Positions 47,053-56,627 of a stretch of DNA of 64,000 nt are shown in pieces. The notes under the pieces were generated by a model. It had not been told where the DNA came from and did no database searches. It saw only the letters and a program-made list of their open reading frames with translations. The DNA is taken from the NCBI GenBank assembly GCA_002471575.1, contig DKQG01000046.1, positions 108,853 to 172,852 on the forward strand, in the 5' to 3' direction. A program made the position numbers and the translations under genes. Origin of the DNA: Alphaproteobacteria bacterium UBA7314 (GTDB lineage Bacteria; Pseudomonadota; Alphaproteobacteria; MPNO01; UBA830). Position 1 is the first letter of the stretch; each line of letters starts with the position of its first letter.

Positions 47053-47364
47053 GTGGAGGCTGTCCGCCAAATCCAGCTTTTGCCGAAAATTATCATGGCG
47101 TCCGCAGTCACTCTGGCGGTCGTTACCAGCGTAATCGCGGGCAACGGGCCTCAGATGATCAACGGCGCGATCCCGCGCAGCAACATTCGAGCGCTCCGCT
47201 GGGAACGGAACGCCGTCTTTGGTAATCTAAAGGACGAAAATGCAGGAATTATCTGGGCGATGTCCAAATCTGAAATCGGCTATGCCCTCGGCTACGCTGA
47301 CGCTTCGTGTTTCGACCGGCAATACAGAAACTGGGCCGGCCGCACGACTGTAGACGCCCGGTAG
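47053..47364 (+). pseudogene. AraC family regulator C-terminal HTH fragment (3' remnant)
   Basis: ...RALRWERNAVFGNLKDENAGIIWAMSKSEIGYALGYADASCFDRQYRNWAGRTT matches the second HTH of AraC/XylS proteins. ORF is only 103 aa and the upstream frame is closed. Confidence 0.4.
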
Positions 47365-47374
47365 AAGGTATAGC

Positions 47375-48529
47375 TCATAGCTCTTTAAGCAGCGCCCAAA
47401 GCTGCGCGTGACTCTCGAAGCCTATTCCCGGCGTCTGTGGTAGCGAGCCGGTGCCGTCCTCAATCAGCACCTCGTCCTGCAACCCGCCGAGAATAAAATC
47501 TCGCCGTGCCGCTATTTCGTGCGCGCCCAGTTGCAGACCGGCGACAGCGTGATACGCCAGGAGGTGTCCCGCATGGGGCACCATTTGAGACCTAGGCCAT
47601 CCGCCGGCTTCAGCGAGCCGCACGATATTGGCATATTCGACCATTCCGTAAGACAACGCCGGATCCACCTGAACCATGTCTCGGTCGGGACGCAATCCGC
47701 CATAGCTTAGCAGATTGTATGTCTCTGACATCGAGAAAAGGTTCTCGCCGGTTGCGATTGGACCGTCGTAATATCCGGTCAGCGCCGTCAGCAGCTCGAA
47801 ATCGTGCGGGTGTCCGGGCTCTTCGATCCAGGCTAGCTTGTATGGCGCGTAGGCATCGGCCATTTCCTGCGTCGTACCTGAGGTCGAGCACATACAGTTT
47901 ACATCTACCGCCAGCCGCGACCCGTCGCCGTCCAGCAATGCCAAGACGGCCTCAATCCGGGTACAATCGTCAGCGAGGTCGCCCTGACCACATTTGATCT
48001 TTATCCGGTCGTAGCCCTGATCGAGATACCCTTTGATCTCGTCCTTCAGCGCCTCAAGATCGCTGTTTGGATAATAATGACCACCGGTGGCATATACCGG
48101 CACGCGCTTATGAAAATTGCCTTCGTTGTAACTTTCGGACAGCAACTGCCACAGCGGAATACCACGGATTTTCGCGGCTGCATCCCACAGTGCCATGTCG
48201 AGCACACCGACAGCTCCAGCCCGATCGCCGTCACCACCGGGTTTCTCATTGGCCATCATCGTTGCCCAGCAGCGCACCGGATCGAGACCGCAGTTGGCAC
48301 CTTCAACATCTTCGATCGCCAGCAGGCGCGGAGCGAAACGTTCAGAGATTAGGCCACTCTGGGCATACCGCCCAACTGAAGAAAATCCGTATCCGGTGAT
48401 CATGCCTTTTTCACCCGTGTCGATATCGATGGCGACGGCGGAGGCAGTCATTTCGAGGTAGCTGATGCCCGCGTTCGACATGGGATCGGACAGCGAAACC
48501 GGGCGTTCACGAATGTCTTTTATACGCAT
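47375..48529 (-). CDS. Enolase superfamily enzyme (mandelate racemase/muconate lactonizing enzyme family)
   Basis: 384 aa; ...KIKCGQGDLADDCTRIEAVLALLDGDGSRLAVDVNCMCS...WIEEP...ATGENLF metal-ligand block typical of MR/MLE enzymes. Confidence 0.82.
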   Translation of the reverse strand: MRIKDIRERPVSLSDPMSNAGISYLEMTASAVAIDIDTGEKGMITGYGFSSVGRYAQSGLISERFAPRLLAIEDVEGANCGLDPVRCWATMMANEKPGGDGDRAGAVGVLDMALWDAAAKIRGIPLWQLLSESYNEGNFHKRVPVYATGGHYYPNSDLEALKDEIKGYLDQGYDRIKIKCGQGDLADDCTRIEAVLALLDGDGSRLAVDVNCMCSTSGTTQEMADAYAPYKLAWIEEPGHPHDFELLTALTGYYDGPIATGENLFSMSETYNLLSYGGLRPDRDMVQVDPALSYGMVEYANIVRLAEAGGWPRSQMVPHAGHLLAYHAVAGLQLGAHEIAARRDFILGGLQDEVLIEDGTGSLPQTPGIGFESHAQLWALLKEL

Positions 48530-48595
48530 GTGGACAGCTTAGGCAGATCGCCGCAAAATGGCAGCACCAAACTGTTTGAAAAGAGGAATTCGGCA

Positions 48596-49000
48596 ATGGC
48601 CAAGCTGCGACATATTGCCATGCAGGTGCCCAATCTTCAGGAAAGCGCCTCCTATTACGAGAAGCTTTTCGAACTTGACCGCGTGTGTGACGTGGAAAGC
48701 GAATACGGCAATGCCGTTATGCTTTCGGACGGCACGATGAACCTTACGCTCCTACATTTTCCGGAAGGCACCAAGGGCGGCAAAAACGGGCCGGACTGGG
48801 CAGGATTGCATCACATCGGTTTCGTCGTCGACGACAAGGCGGAAGCCGGAGAGAAGGCGGTCGAGCTGGGTGGAGAGTTCTTCATGGAACTGCCGGACAA
48901 TATTCCCGGCGTGGACGCTGAAACTAAGTACAAGGATCCCAACGGGCTGGTGTTCGATATCGCTGATCACGACTGGACCCAGAGCGATCGTAAACAGTGA
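48596..49000 (+). CDS. VOC family protein
   Basis: Start MAKLRHIAMQVPNLQESASYYEKLF with AAGAGGAA RBS (track start 48530). Confidence 0.7.
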   Translation: MAKLRHIAMQVPNLQESASYYEKLFELDRVCDVESEYGNAVMLSDGTMNLTLLHFPEGTKGGKNGPDWAGLHHIGFVVDDKAEAGEKAVELGGEFFMELPDNIPGVDAETKYKDPNGLVFDIADHDWTQSDRKQ

Positions 49001-49629
49001 GAAACCTGCCAGGTGCGATCGCCGACGAATTCATCATCCCCGCCCGCCACGGCCGGGCCTTCGAAGTAAAAAAGGGCCAGACGTTTCGAATCCATCAGGT
49101 CGATGGCAAGCAAGTCGGCGACTGCGTTTTCTACAATGCGAACGATTACAAGGAGTGGTGGCACTGCGGGCAGTCGTGGGCAATAAACGTCATCTGTGGG
49201 ACCGGCACTTCGAAAAGCTTCCAGTATTTCTATTCCAAGCCGCCGCGCGAAAACGTCATGATGACCGTTGTTGACGATACCTGTGGCAATCACTGGGGCA
49301 ATATGGGTGGCCGCTGTTCGACGCGGCTCTATCAGCTGCGAGACAACATCGAGAGCGGCCACCGGTCGTGCCAAGAAAACCTCACCCAAGCGCTGGTCCC
49401 ATACGGTATCTCCGGGGACGAAATATTCGATATCTTCAACGTCTTCATGAATGTCGATCTGCATGAGGATGGCGGCTTCACGATCAAGCCGACCGAAGTC
49501 GGTCCCGACGATTACATCGATATGCGTGCCGAGATGGATATTCTCGCCGCCGTGTCCGCCTGCCCAGCCGACACGTCACCGACCAATGGCGGCAGGTCGG
49601 CACCGCTGGGTATCAAGATATTCGATTAG
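48997..49629 (+). CDS. DUF1989 / urea carboxylase-associated family protein
   Basis: 210 aa; FIIPARHGRAFEVKKGQTFRIHQVDGKQVGDCVFYNANDYKEWWHCGQS matches the DUF1989 N-terminal block. Confidence 0.7.
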   Translation: MRNLPGAIADEFIIPARHGRAFEVKKGQTFRIHQVDGKQVGDCVFYNANDYKEWWHCGQSWAINVICGTGTSKSFQYFYSKPPRENVMMTVVDDTCGNHWGNMGGRCSTRLYQLRDNIESGHRSCQENLTQALVPYGISGDEIFDIFNVFMNVDLHEDGGFTIKPTEVGPDDYIDMRAEMDILAAVSACPADTSPTNGGRSAPLGIKIFD

Positions 49630-50062
49630 GCGCGGCAGCGTTTCACACCGAAACGGACGCCGATCAGGCCATACCGAACAGTGCTGGCGGAGCAGGTCAC
49701 GGTGTCCGCTTACGTTCGACACTATCGATAACGTTCAGGTTTTAAATTTCGAGCGCTGACATCGCGCTGTCGAAAACTAGGATTTTGGCAATCCGCCCAT
49801 CCAGTTTCTGACACGCCCCGGTGCAGTTCTCCGCGCCGATTAGCGAGATATTCCGGCTCCCGATAACGAAAGCATTGTTCACGGCGCCAACCTCGCGGGA
49901 CAGAATCCTAGCTTGAACCCCGCGTTCGCAATCAACTGAGTAAAGATCATGAGGGTAAAAAATTTCGGCATGGTTTTAGGTGGATAGGAAATCTATAAAG
50001 TGAGGATACTCTTAGCGATGTAAAATTTTCCGACGGTCGAGTAACTGAGTAACGGAAGCCCA

Positions 50063-50695
50063 ATGGATAAAACTGCGCAGGATATTTTGACTTTCTGGTT
50101 CGGCACCGCCGATCTTTCGACCGACATCAAAAAAAATGATTTGTGGTTCAAAGCAACACCGGAATTCGATGAGGAACTTGTCGAGAAATTCGAAAGCGTG
50201 CACGAACGTGCGGCGTCAGGTGATATGGATCATCTACGGGAAACACCGGCCGAATGCCTCGCGCTCGTCATTTCGTTGGACCAGTTTCCACGGAATATCT
50301 ACCGGGGAACGGGCAAGGCATTTCACACCGACGCAAAGGCCTGTGCGACATCACACTTCGCCCTAAAACGGGATTACGACGCGGCGCTCAGCCTTGAACC
50401 GCGAAAATTTTTCTACCTGCCGCTTGTGCACAGTGAGACTCTGGCCGACCAAGATATGGCAGTTGAGAAGTACCGGAACTTCGATGACGAAAAATCCATG
50501 CAGTCTGCGATTGGTCACAGGGATGCCATTCGCCAGTTCGGCCGCTTTCCGCACCGGAACAATGTGCTCGGCCGTGAAAGCACGCCGGAAGAAGACGAGT
50601 ACATGAAAATCCCGCCGACCTGGGGCATGACGAAGGCAGAGGCGGAAGAACGTGAACAGATGATCGCGGAGATGGAAAAAGTAGCGGAGAGTTAG
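50063..50695 (+). CDS. DUF924 family protein
   Basis: 210 aa; ILTFWFG...WF....FDEEL..KF...LALVISLDQFPRNIYRGT...PLVHSE are the DUF924 hallmarks. Confidence 0.72.
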   Translation: MDKTAQDILTFWFGTADLSTDIKKNDLWFKATPEFDEELVEKFESVHERAASGDMDHLRETPAECLALVISLDQFPRNIYRGTGKAFHTDAKACATSHFALKRDYDAALSLEPRKFFYLPLVHSETLADQDMAVEKYRNFDDEKSMQSAIGHRDAIRQFGRFPHRNNVLGRESTPEEDEYMKIPPTWGMTKAEAEEREQMIAEMEKVAES

Positions 50696-50698
50696 AAG

Positions 50699-51492
50699 CT
50701 ACTCCCGAAAACCGGGGTCGATAGCTTCCACTTTCCGCACCATAGCCTGAAAATCGCGGTCGCCTACGGGTTCGTCTCCGGGCGGCGGGCGGTTCTCTGC
50801 CCAGCCCTGCGCCATTTTTAGGCATTCCTCTATCGGCGGCTCTTTCAGCGTTGCGCCGGATGACATTGCCGCGACCTGGATTTCGCAGGCGCGTTCCAGG
50901 TAGTGGTGCAGCAGGAAGCATTCTGGGATCGAGCGACCCGTGATCAGGGTGCCGTGGTTTTCCAGAAACATGACGTGTTTGTCTCCGAGATCGGCGATCA
51001 GACGGGGTCCCTCCTCGTCCTTGTGCACCAGTCCTTCATAGCGGTGGTAGGCCACCTGCCCAGCAAACCGCATCGAAGACTGCGAAATAAACTTCAGTCC
51101 GCAATCCATGGCAGAAACCGCTGCACCGGCGGTTGTGTGCAAATGCATTGTGGCGTTTACGTCGGGTCGTGCATCGAGGACAGATCCGTGAATGCGAGGT
51201 CCCGCAGGGCTCGACGTGTGCTCGGTTTCGTAAACTAATTTACGGCTTTCGTCATAACAGCAGAGGTTCGACGCCGTAATTTCCGAAAACAGCAGCGCGG
51301 TCGGTTTGATCAGGAAATGATTTGGCGCATCCGGCACACGGGCGGAGAAGTGATTGCCGTCAGGTCTTCCAATCCCATATAGGCGGCAATTCGGTAAAGC
51401 GCGGCGAGCTGGACACGCATGTTCCATTCGGCCCCCGATACCCGGTCCCGCATGGACGGGACATTTGCGGACGGCATAGCAACGACATTCAT
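50699..51492 (-). pseudogene. Class II aldolase/adducin family protein with apparent frameshift (~51365)
   Basis: N-terminal part is in the frame of track ORF 51310..51756 (..MPSANVPSMRDRVSGAEWNMRVQLAALYRIAAYMGLEDL..). The rest is in the frame of 50699..51427 (DGNHFSARVPDAPNHFLIKPTALLFSEITASNL...HLHTTAG...). Both frames verified by translating 51301..51420. Confidence 0.6.
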
Positions 51493-51759
51493 GGCCTTCT
51501 CCCTAAATGACGCAGGAATCTTGCGTTGCGACAGCAGCAACGTCAATGCCTTGCTGGTCTCATCGGTTTGTTGAGCTTTTGGCCAACGAAGTATCGCATA
51601 CCCGGCACAGTCATGGTGTTCGCTGGGACACGGACAGGATGCTGCTCCCGGTTCCAGAGGTACCCAGTTTGACAATCGCTGGCTTGTCACCGACTTTACG
51701 TCCGGGGACGTCATGATCGCGAAACCAAGGCTACTTATATTTTTCGGCCTCGGCATGAT

Positions 51760-52185
51760 CTAGCTCGGACTGTTATGGAGCTCCGTCTGACCGGTCTGCG
51801 CCGTCGCCTCGATTTCCACCATCATGTCGGGATGCGCCAGGCGCGATATCTCTACCAGGGTCAGGGCCGGCGCCGCCGTCATCGCTCGTTCCAGCCCAGT
51901 ACCGCCCTCCCGTCGGGCCGCGACAAAAGATACGATATCTGTCACGAAGACGGTAAACTTCACGACGTCAGCGAACCCGGCGCCGCCCGCCTGAAGCACG
52001 TCTTCCATATTGGAAAGCGTTTGTCGGATCTGCATCGCCATGTCGCCGGCGCCGACAAGATCTCCATTTTCATCGCGCGGCGTGATTCCGGAGGTGAACA
52101 GAAACTCGCCGGATGCTCGGATACCAGCGCTGTGGGCATTGGCAACTTGGGACTTCTTACCGGTAGAGATGTTATGGCGGGGCAT
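51760..52185 (-). CDS. RidA/YjgF family protein (second copy)
   Basis: 141 aa; ...ADVVKFTVFVTDIVSFVAARREGGTGLERAMTAAPALTLVEISRLAHPDMMVEIEATA. Confidence 0.8.
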   Translation of the reverse strand: MPRHNISTGKKSQVANAHSAGIRASGEFLFTSGITPRDENGDLVGAGDMAMQIRQTLSNMEDVLQAGGAGFADVVKFTVFVTDIVSFVAARREGGTGLERAMTAAPALTLVEISRLAHPDMMVEIEATAQTGQTELHNSPS

Positions 52186-52196
52186 GCTGCAGCAAC

Positions 52197-52667
52197 CTAT
52201 TCGTCTGTTTGACGAGTGCAGGCGTGATACAGCATCAATCGCGCCAGTGGTCGCTTAAAGGCCAGCAGACAGAGCGCGTGCAGAATGAACAGAACGACCA
52301 CGAGGTTGTAAAACGCCTCGTGCATTTCATACATGAAGCCATCATCAGTCACAGCCGCTCTGTCGATCAGCAAACACGTCGCTGTGGCGCCGACCAGCGC
52401 GATCGTAATCCAGAAAATCAGCGTCTGGCTTACACCCAAATGACGCCGCCATCGGCCGAACCGGAGCCATGTGAAATCGGGGTAGAAACGATTGAGGCAA
52501 AGCTGGCAGGGGTTCAACAGCACCCAAAGCAGGCGCAGTGCGATAATCGCCGCCACGCCGTAACCCAGAATATCTTGCACGACCCCGAAATCGCCCGAGA
52601 TGAAGGCAAGGATGGTCAGCGTCGCAAGGTTGACGTGAAAGACACGGATGTGCTGCTTCAGACCCAT
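52197..52667 (-). CDS. Cytochrome b561-like (CybB/Ni-hydrogenase b-type cytochrome family) membrane protein
   Basis: 156 aa, 4 TM with conserved His in TM1 (HIRVFHVNLATL), TM3 (RHLGVSQTLIFW) and TM4 (MHEAFYNLVVVLFILHAL). Confidence 0.55.
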   Translation of the reverse strand: MGLKQHIRVFHVNLATLTILAFISGDFGVVQDILGYGVAAIIALRLLWVLLNPCQLCLNRFYPDFTWLRFGRWRRHLGVSQTLIFWITIALVGATATCLLIDRAAVTDDGFMYEMHEAFYNLVVVLFILHALCLLAFKRPLARLMLYHACTRQTDE

Positions 52668-52687
52668 CGCGCGACCCCGTCTGCAGG

Positions 52688-53443
52688 TCAGACCAGAACG
52701 CGTTCAGTGTGAACGCCGCGAACATCCATTTCGTATTCCAGGCCTACAACCGGAGGTCGAGCGTAAACCCAGGTCAGACCTGCTGCGGCGGCCCCGCGCG
52801 ATACCAGTTCGTCGCCGAGAAACGGATGCAGATCATGGATGGTGTAGGCATGGGTGACGGTTGATTGCGACCACCCAACGCCAAGGGCCGTCATCCGCGT
52901 CTCCATAGCGCCGATAACGTATTGCGCCTTCTCCAGAATGGCGTCGTCCGACGTTTCGCCGAGCCGAATGATGCGCTCTTCGTATGTGGCGCCACCTTCC
53001 GGCGATTCCGCCGAACCGGCGATTACAAAACTGGGCGCTGCACCGGCATCAGCGGGTACGGTATAGCTGAATGCATTAAAGCTCGGTCCGGGCGGACCGT
53101 TTATTTCCGGGCAAACGTTGGAACGGGCAACCGGGTTTTCGTCATCCTTGAAAATACCCCAGCGCTCCAGCGTTCCGACATAGACGCGGTTGAAATCGAT
53201 AAATCCCTGTTCCGAAAACGGCTCCGGAGAACGAAGTTCGCAAGCTGCAAACGAAGTATAGGGTCGGCCGATCTCGTCGAGATAGGCTTCGATTCGGGCA
53301 AAGCCTTCTTCCAGCGGCACCGGCGTCTGGAACCGTACGCGCTCGATCGCGAAACCGTCCTCCGCGGCAACGCCGCCGGAGTACTGGAAAGGTCCTCGGA
53401 CATAGCGGTATCCGCCGGGTTCGAATATGGCTGTTTCGGTCAT
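52688..53443 (-). CDS. Hypothetical protein, possibly two RidA/YjgF-like domains
   Basis: 251 aa; C-terminal ...STVTHAYTIHDLHPFLGDE...ARPPVVGLEYEMDV and a similar upstream block (...ARSNVCPEINGPPGPSF) echo the RidA beta-strand/Arg signature. Tentative. Confidence 0.45.
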   Translation of the reverse strand: MTETAIFEPGGYRYVRGPFQYSGGVAAEDGFAIERVRFQTPVPLEEGFARIEAYLDEIGRPYTSFAACELRSPEPFSEQGFIDFNRVYVGTLERWGIFKDDENPVARSNVCPEINGPPGPSFNAFSYTVPADAGAAPSFVIAGSAESPEGGATYEERIIRLGETSDDAILEKAQYVIGAMETRMTALGVGWSQSTVTHAYTIHDLHPFLGDELVSRGAAAAGLTWVYARPPVVGLEYEMDVRGVHTERVLV

Positions 53444-53492
53444 TTATAGATCCTCCTTTGCTGCCGAACGGTATCGGCTCGGTGTTCGGCGA

Positions 53493-54410
53493 TCAACTTC
53501 GCTTCCGCGCCTCTACCTCGGCGATGTAATAGGTGCTGGCAACGATGATCAGCGCACCGACACCGGTCCAGATCGACGGAATTTCAGCGAAAAGGAAATA
53601 GCCGAACAGCGCGGCATAAATCAGGCGTACGTTTTCAGCCGGACCCACCGCATTGGCCTCGCCGACGGCAAAGGCGCGCATGAAGCCGAAGATGCCGAGC
53701 GTAGTCAGCCCACCGATACCGATCAGCTTCAGCCACTCGATTCCGACCGGCATGGTCCAGACATAGGCTGCCGGCCCAAGAAACAGCAACACGCCGCCGA
53801 TGTGATAGTAGAACAAAATTCGTCCCGTCGGTTCAGTCTTTGACAACTTGCGTATCAGGACATTGGCAATAGCAAACGTCAGCGCCGAAGCGACGGCGAC
53901 CAGTGCCAGCGGATCGAAGGCATCCGCACCCGGCCGCACCAGGACCAGCACTCCGATGAACCCGACGATAGTCGCCGACCATCGTTGCCTTGTTACGACT
54001 TCATGCAAAACGAATACGGCTACCACGGTGGTGAAAAGCGGCTTTGAGAACATAAAGGCCGTCGCCTCCGCCAGCGGCATGTAGATCACTGTAATGAAAA
54101 TCCCGAGTTGCGCCGCAAAGGCGAGAAACATCCGCAGCAGGTGCAGCGGCAACCGTTCGGTTTTCATGTTTGCGGTACCCAGCCCGATAAAAACGGGGAC
54201 CAGAAAAATCAGCCCGCACCCATATCGAAAAAACGAGATCTGAAGCGGATCGAACCTCCCGCCCAACGACTTGACGAACACATCCACAACGGCAAAGAGA
54301 AACGCCCCCATGCTGAGCCAAATAATGCCGCGGAAATTGGGCGGCAGGCGGAGCCAGAAATTAGAAGGTGGTAGCGTGGAGGACGCATGGGGAGAAGGCA
54401 TGCCCTTCAA
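53493..54410 (-). CDS. DMT superfamily (EamA-like) transporter (second copy)
   Basis: 305 aa, ~10 TM; 34 bp downstream of the GroEL-like gene on the same strand. Confidence 0.75.
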   Translation of the reverse strand: MKGMPSPHASSTLPPSNFWLRLPPNFRGIIWLSMGAFLFAVVDVFVKSLGGRFDPLQISFFRYGCGLIFLVPVFIGLGTANMKTERLPLHLLRMFLAFAAQLGIFITVIYMPLAEATAFMFSKPLFTTVVAVFVLHEVVTRQRWSATIVGFIGVLVLVRPGADAFDPLALVAVASALTFAIANVLIRKLSKTEPTGRILFYYHIGGVLLFLGPAAYVWTMPVGIEWLKLIGIGGLTTLGIFGFMRAFAVGEANAVGPAENVRLIYAALFGYFLFAEIPSIWTGVGALIIVASTYYIAEVEARKRS

Positions 54411-54444
54411 TGGACTAAGTGCGGCAGCGGCGCAAGGGACGTGC

Positions 54445-56121
54445 CTACACCAGCCCGAACCCTCCAGCCTCCTCGGCAGTCATGTCCTTGGCTTCGGGGC
54501 CGAACGGGATATCGTCAGCTTTGGTGGGACGCGGTGGCGGCGGGGGTTTGGAGATAACTGTTTCGGTGGTCAGAAACAGCGCAGCCACCGAGTTGGCTGC
54601 TTCAAGCGCGGCGACCGTGACACGCGCCGGATCGACGACGCCAGTCTGCATTAGATCGCCGTAACACCCGTTATTCGCATCGAATCCATGATGCGGATTT
54701 CTCAATTCCGCCAGCGCCGCAGATACCATATGCCCGTCGTATCCCGCATTCTCGGCGATCCGCATCGCGGGAGACGCAAGAGCTTGGCGCAAGATACGGG
54801 CGGCAGCCCGCTGTTCGCCTGTGCCGTCATTCGTCAGAACTCGGCATGCATGAATATACGCCGCGCCACCGCCCGGCAGAATACCGTCTATCGCCGCCGC
54901 CCGGACCGCACTGGCAGCATCGTCGGCACGGTCGCGCCGTTCGTTGATTTCCACTTCGCTGGCGCCGCCGACACGGACCACGGCAACACCGCCTGTCAGC
55001 TTGGCGAGACGTTCGCGCAGCGTCTTTTCCTGGAAGGGCGTATTGCCTTCTAGGCCCTGTTCGGCGCGGATGCTGTCGGCCCGGCGTTCCACGGCGGCGA
55101 GATCGCCCGCGCCGCCGATGATTGTTGTCGTGTCTTTAGTAAGCATGATCCGCGCCGCGCCGCCCAGCACGCCCGCATCGATGACCGAAAGATCGTCGCC
55201 TCGGCGCTCGGATACTAGTGTCGCCCCGGTCAGCAGAGCCACGTCCTCCAGCGCGTCGCGGCGGCGATCGCCGAACAAAGGTCCCTTACCCGCGACGACG
55301 CGCAGGTTGTTTTTGATCTTGTTGACCGCCAGCGTCTGAAGCGCTTCGCCCCTCACCGCCTCGGCCACAATCAGAAGCGGACGGTTCGCCCGCACCGCAG
55401 CCTCGAGCGGTTTCAACAGCGGCGTATGGCTTTCCAGCGTATGTTCCGTGAGCAGGATCAGGGGATTGTCGTAACGGCACTCGGTGGTGAACGCATCAGT
55501 CATGAAATAGGGAGAAAAGTATCCGCCTTCCCATTGCAGGCCGTTGAGCTTTTCCCAAGTAGTCTCGAAGACCCCACCGCCCTCGACCGATACGACGCCG
55601 TCGGTGCCGACTGTATCGAAAGCCTCGGCGATAGTCGCGCCAAGTTCCGACTCTCCGTTCGCCGATATTGTCGCGATACGCTCGTAATCCACTCGGCCAC
55701 GCACCGACAACGCCATCCGGCGCAGCTCGGCAACTACCCCGACGACGCCATCCTGCAGAGCCAACCGCAAAGCCATGGGATCGTACCCGGCCGCGACCGC
55801 TCTAAGTCCTTCCGCCGCCAGCGCCCGCGCCAGCACGATAGTGGTCGAGGTACCGTCTCCGATTTCCTCGCCCACCCGCTGGCCGGCCCGCCGCATCAGG
55901 CGAAGTCCCATTTGCTCATGACGGCCAGCAACTTCCAGAGTGTCCGCAACAGTCACGCCATCCTTGGTCACGCGTGGCGCAGCCGTTCCGTCTTTTGCTT
56001 CGATCAGCACCGTGCGCCCGCGCGGCCCCAGCGTCACCGCCACGGTATTGGCCAGAAAATCGGCACCGCGCAGCATGGCACGTTGGGCGTCAAGGCCGAA
56101 TTTTATCGAAACAGATGCCAT
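54445..56121 (-). CDS. Divergent GroEL/Cpn60-family chaperonin paralog (no adjacent groES; Pro-rich C-terminal tail instead of GGM repeats)
   Basis: 558 aa; MASVSIKFGLDAQRAMLRGADFLANTVAVTLGPRGRTVLIE...TKDGVTVA...GDGTSTTIVLARAL follows GroEL block-for-block ([39 protein letters not shown]...GDGTTTATVLAQ) but is substantially diverged. Ends ...ISKPPPPPRPTKADDIPFGPEAKDMTAEEAGGFGLV. Confidence 0.85.
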   Translation of the reverse strand: MASVSIKFGLDAQRAMLRGADFLANTVAVTLGPRGRTVLIEAKDGTAAPRVTKDGVTVADTLEVAGRHEQMGLRLMRRAGQRVGEEIGDGTSTTIVLARALAAEGLRAVAAGYDPMALRLALQDGVVGVVAELRRMALSVRGRVDYERIATISANGESELGATIAEAFDTVGTDGVVSVEGGGVFETTWEKLNGLQWEGGYFSPYFMTDAFTTECRYDNPLILLTEHTLESHTPLLKPLEAAVRANRPLLIVAEAVRGEALQTLAVNKIKNNLRVVAGKGPLFGDRRRDALEDVALLTGATLVSERRGDDLSVIDAGVLGGAARIMLTKDTTTIIGGAGDLAAVERRADSIRAEQGLEGNTPFQEKTLRERLAKLTGGVAVVRVGGASEVEINERRDRADDAASAVRAAAIDGILPGGGAAYIHACRVLTNDGTGEQRAAARILRQALASPAMRIAENAGYDGHMVSAALAELRNPHHGFDANNGCYGDLMQTGVVDPARVTVAALEAANSVAALFLTTETVISKPPPPPRPTKADDIPFGPEAKDMTAEEAGGFGLV

Positions 56122-56627
56122 GGGGCGGTTTAGCGGGAAGGCCGTTCACACACAACCGCTCCATCAAACATCAAACTATCACCTTTGGATTTGACCCGCG
56201 GGTACCAAACAAAACTGTGGAATGCTATGCGATAGGCTGTCACCGCCGCCGAAAGGCTAGCCAGCATGTAAATAGCAAGACAAACGACAACCCGCCCGAT
56301 GCCAGTACTGCGACCAACGCACGCCCAGTCGTCACCTCAAAATTACGGAATACCCTCTCGCTGGAAAAGCGAGTATCGGGTCCCGCTGTCAGCCTGACAT
56401 ATAAATTGGAGCCAACAAGCACCGCGGTCAGATCAACAACCGCTTGCAAAACTTACACGCCATCTACAAACACGCCCAATTCCCTCTCGGCGGTGTTGGA
56501 GTTTAGCTGGTAGCTTTCGGTCGACAGTCCGGGCGGCGATTTCGGGTAAACTTGCCGATCAACCTTTACCGCGCGAAGGTATCCGGCCCATGTAGCCGGA
56601 TACCGTCCGCACGGGTAGCGCCCGATC

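Noticed and set aside
56122-56627. CIRCE element or RpoH promoter upstream of the GroEL-like gene
   Set aside because: No TTAGCACTC-N9-GAGTGCTAA-like inverted repeat or CTTGAA...CCCCAT-type heat-shock promoter was seen on the relevant strand. Only a CTCGCT-GGAAA-AGCGAG hairpin of unclear role.
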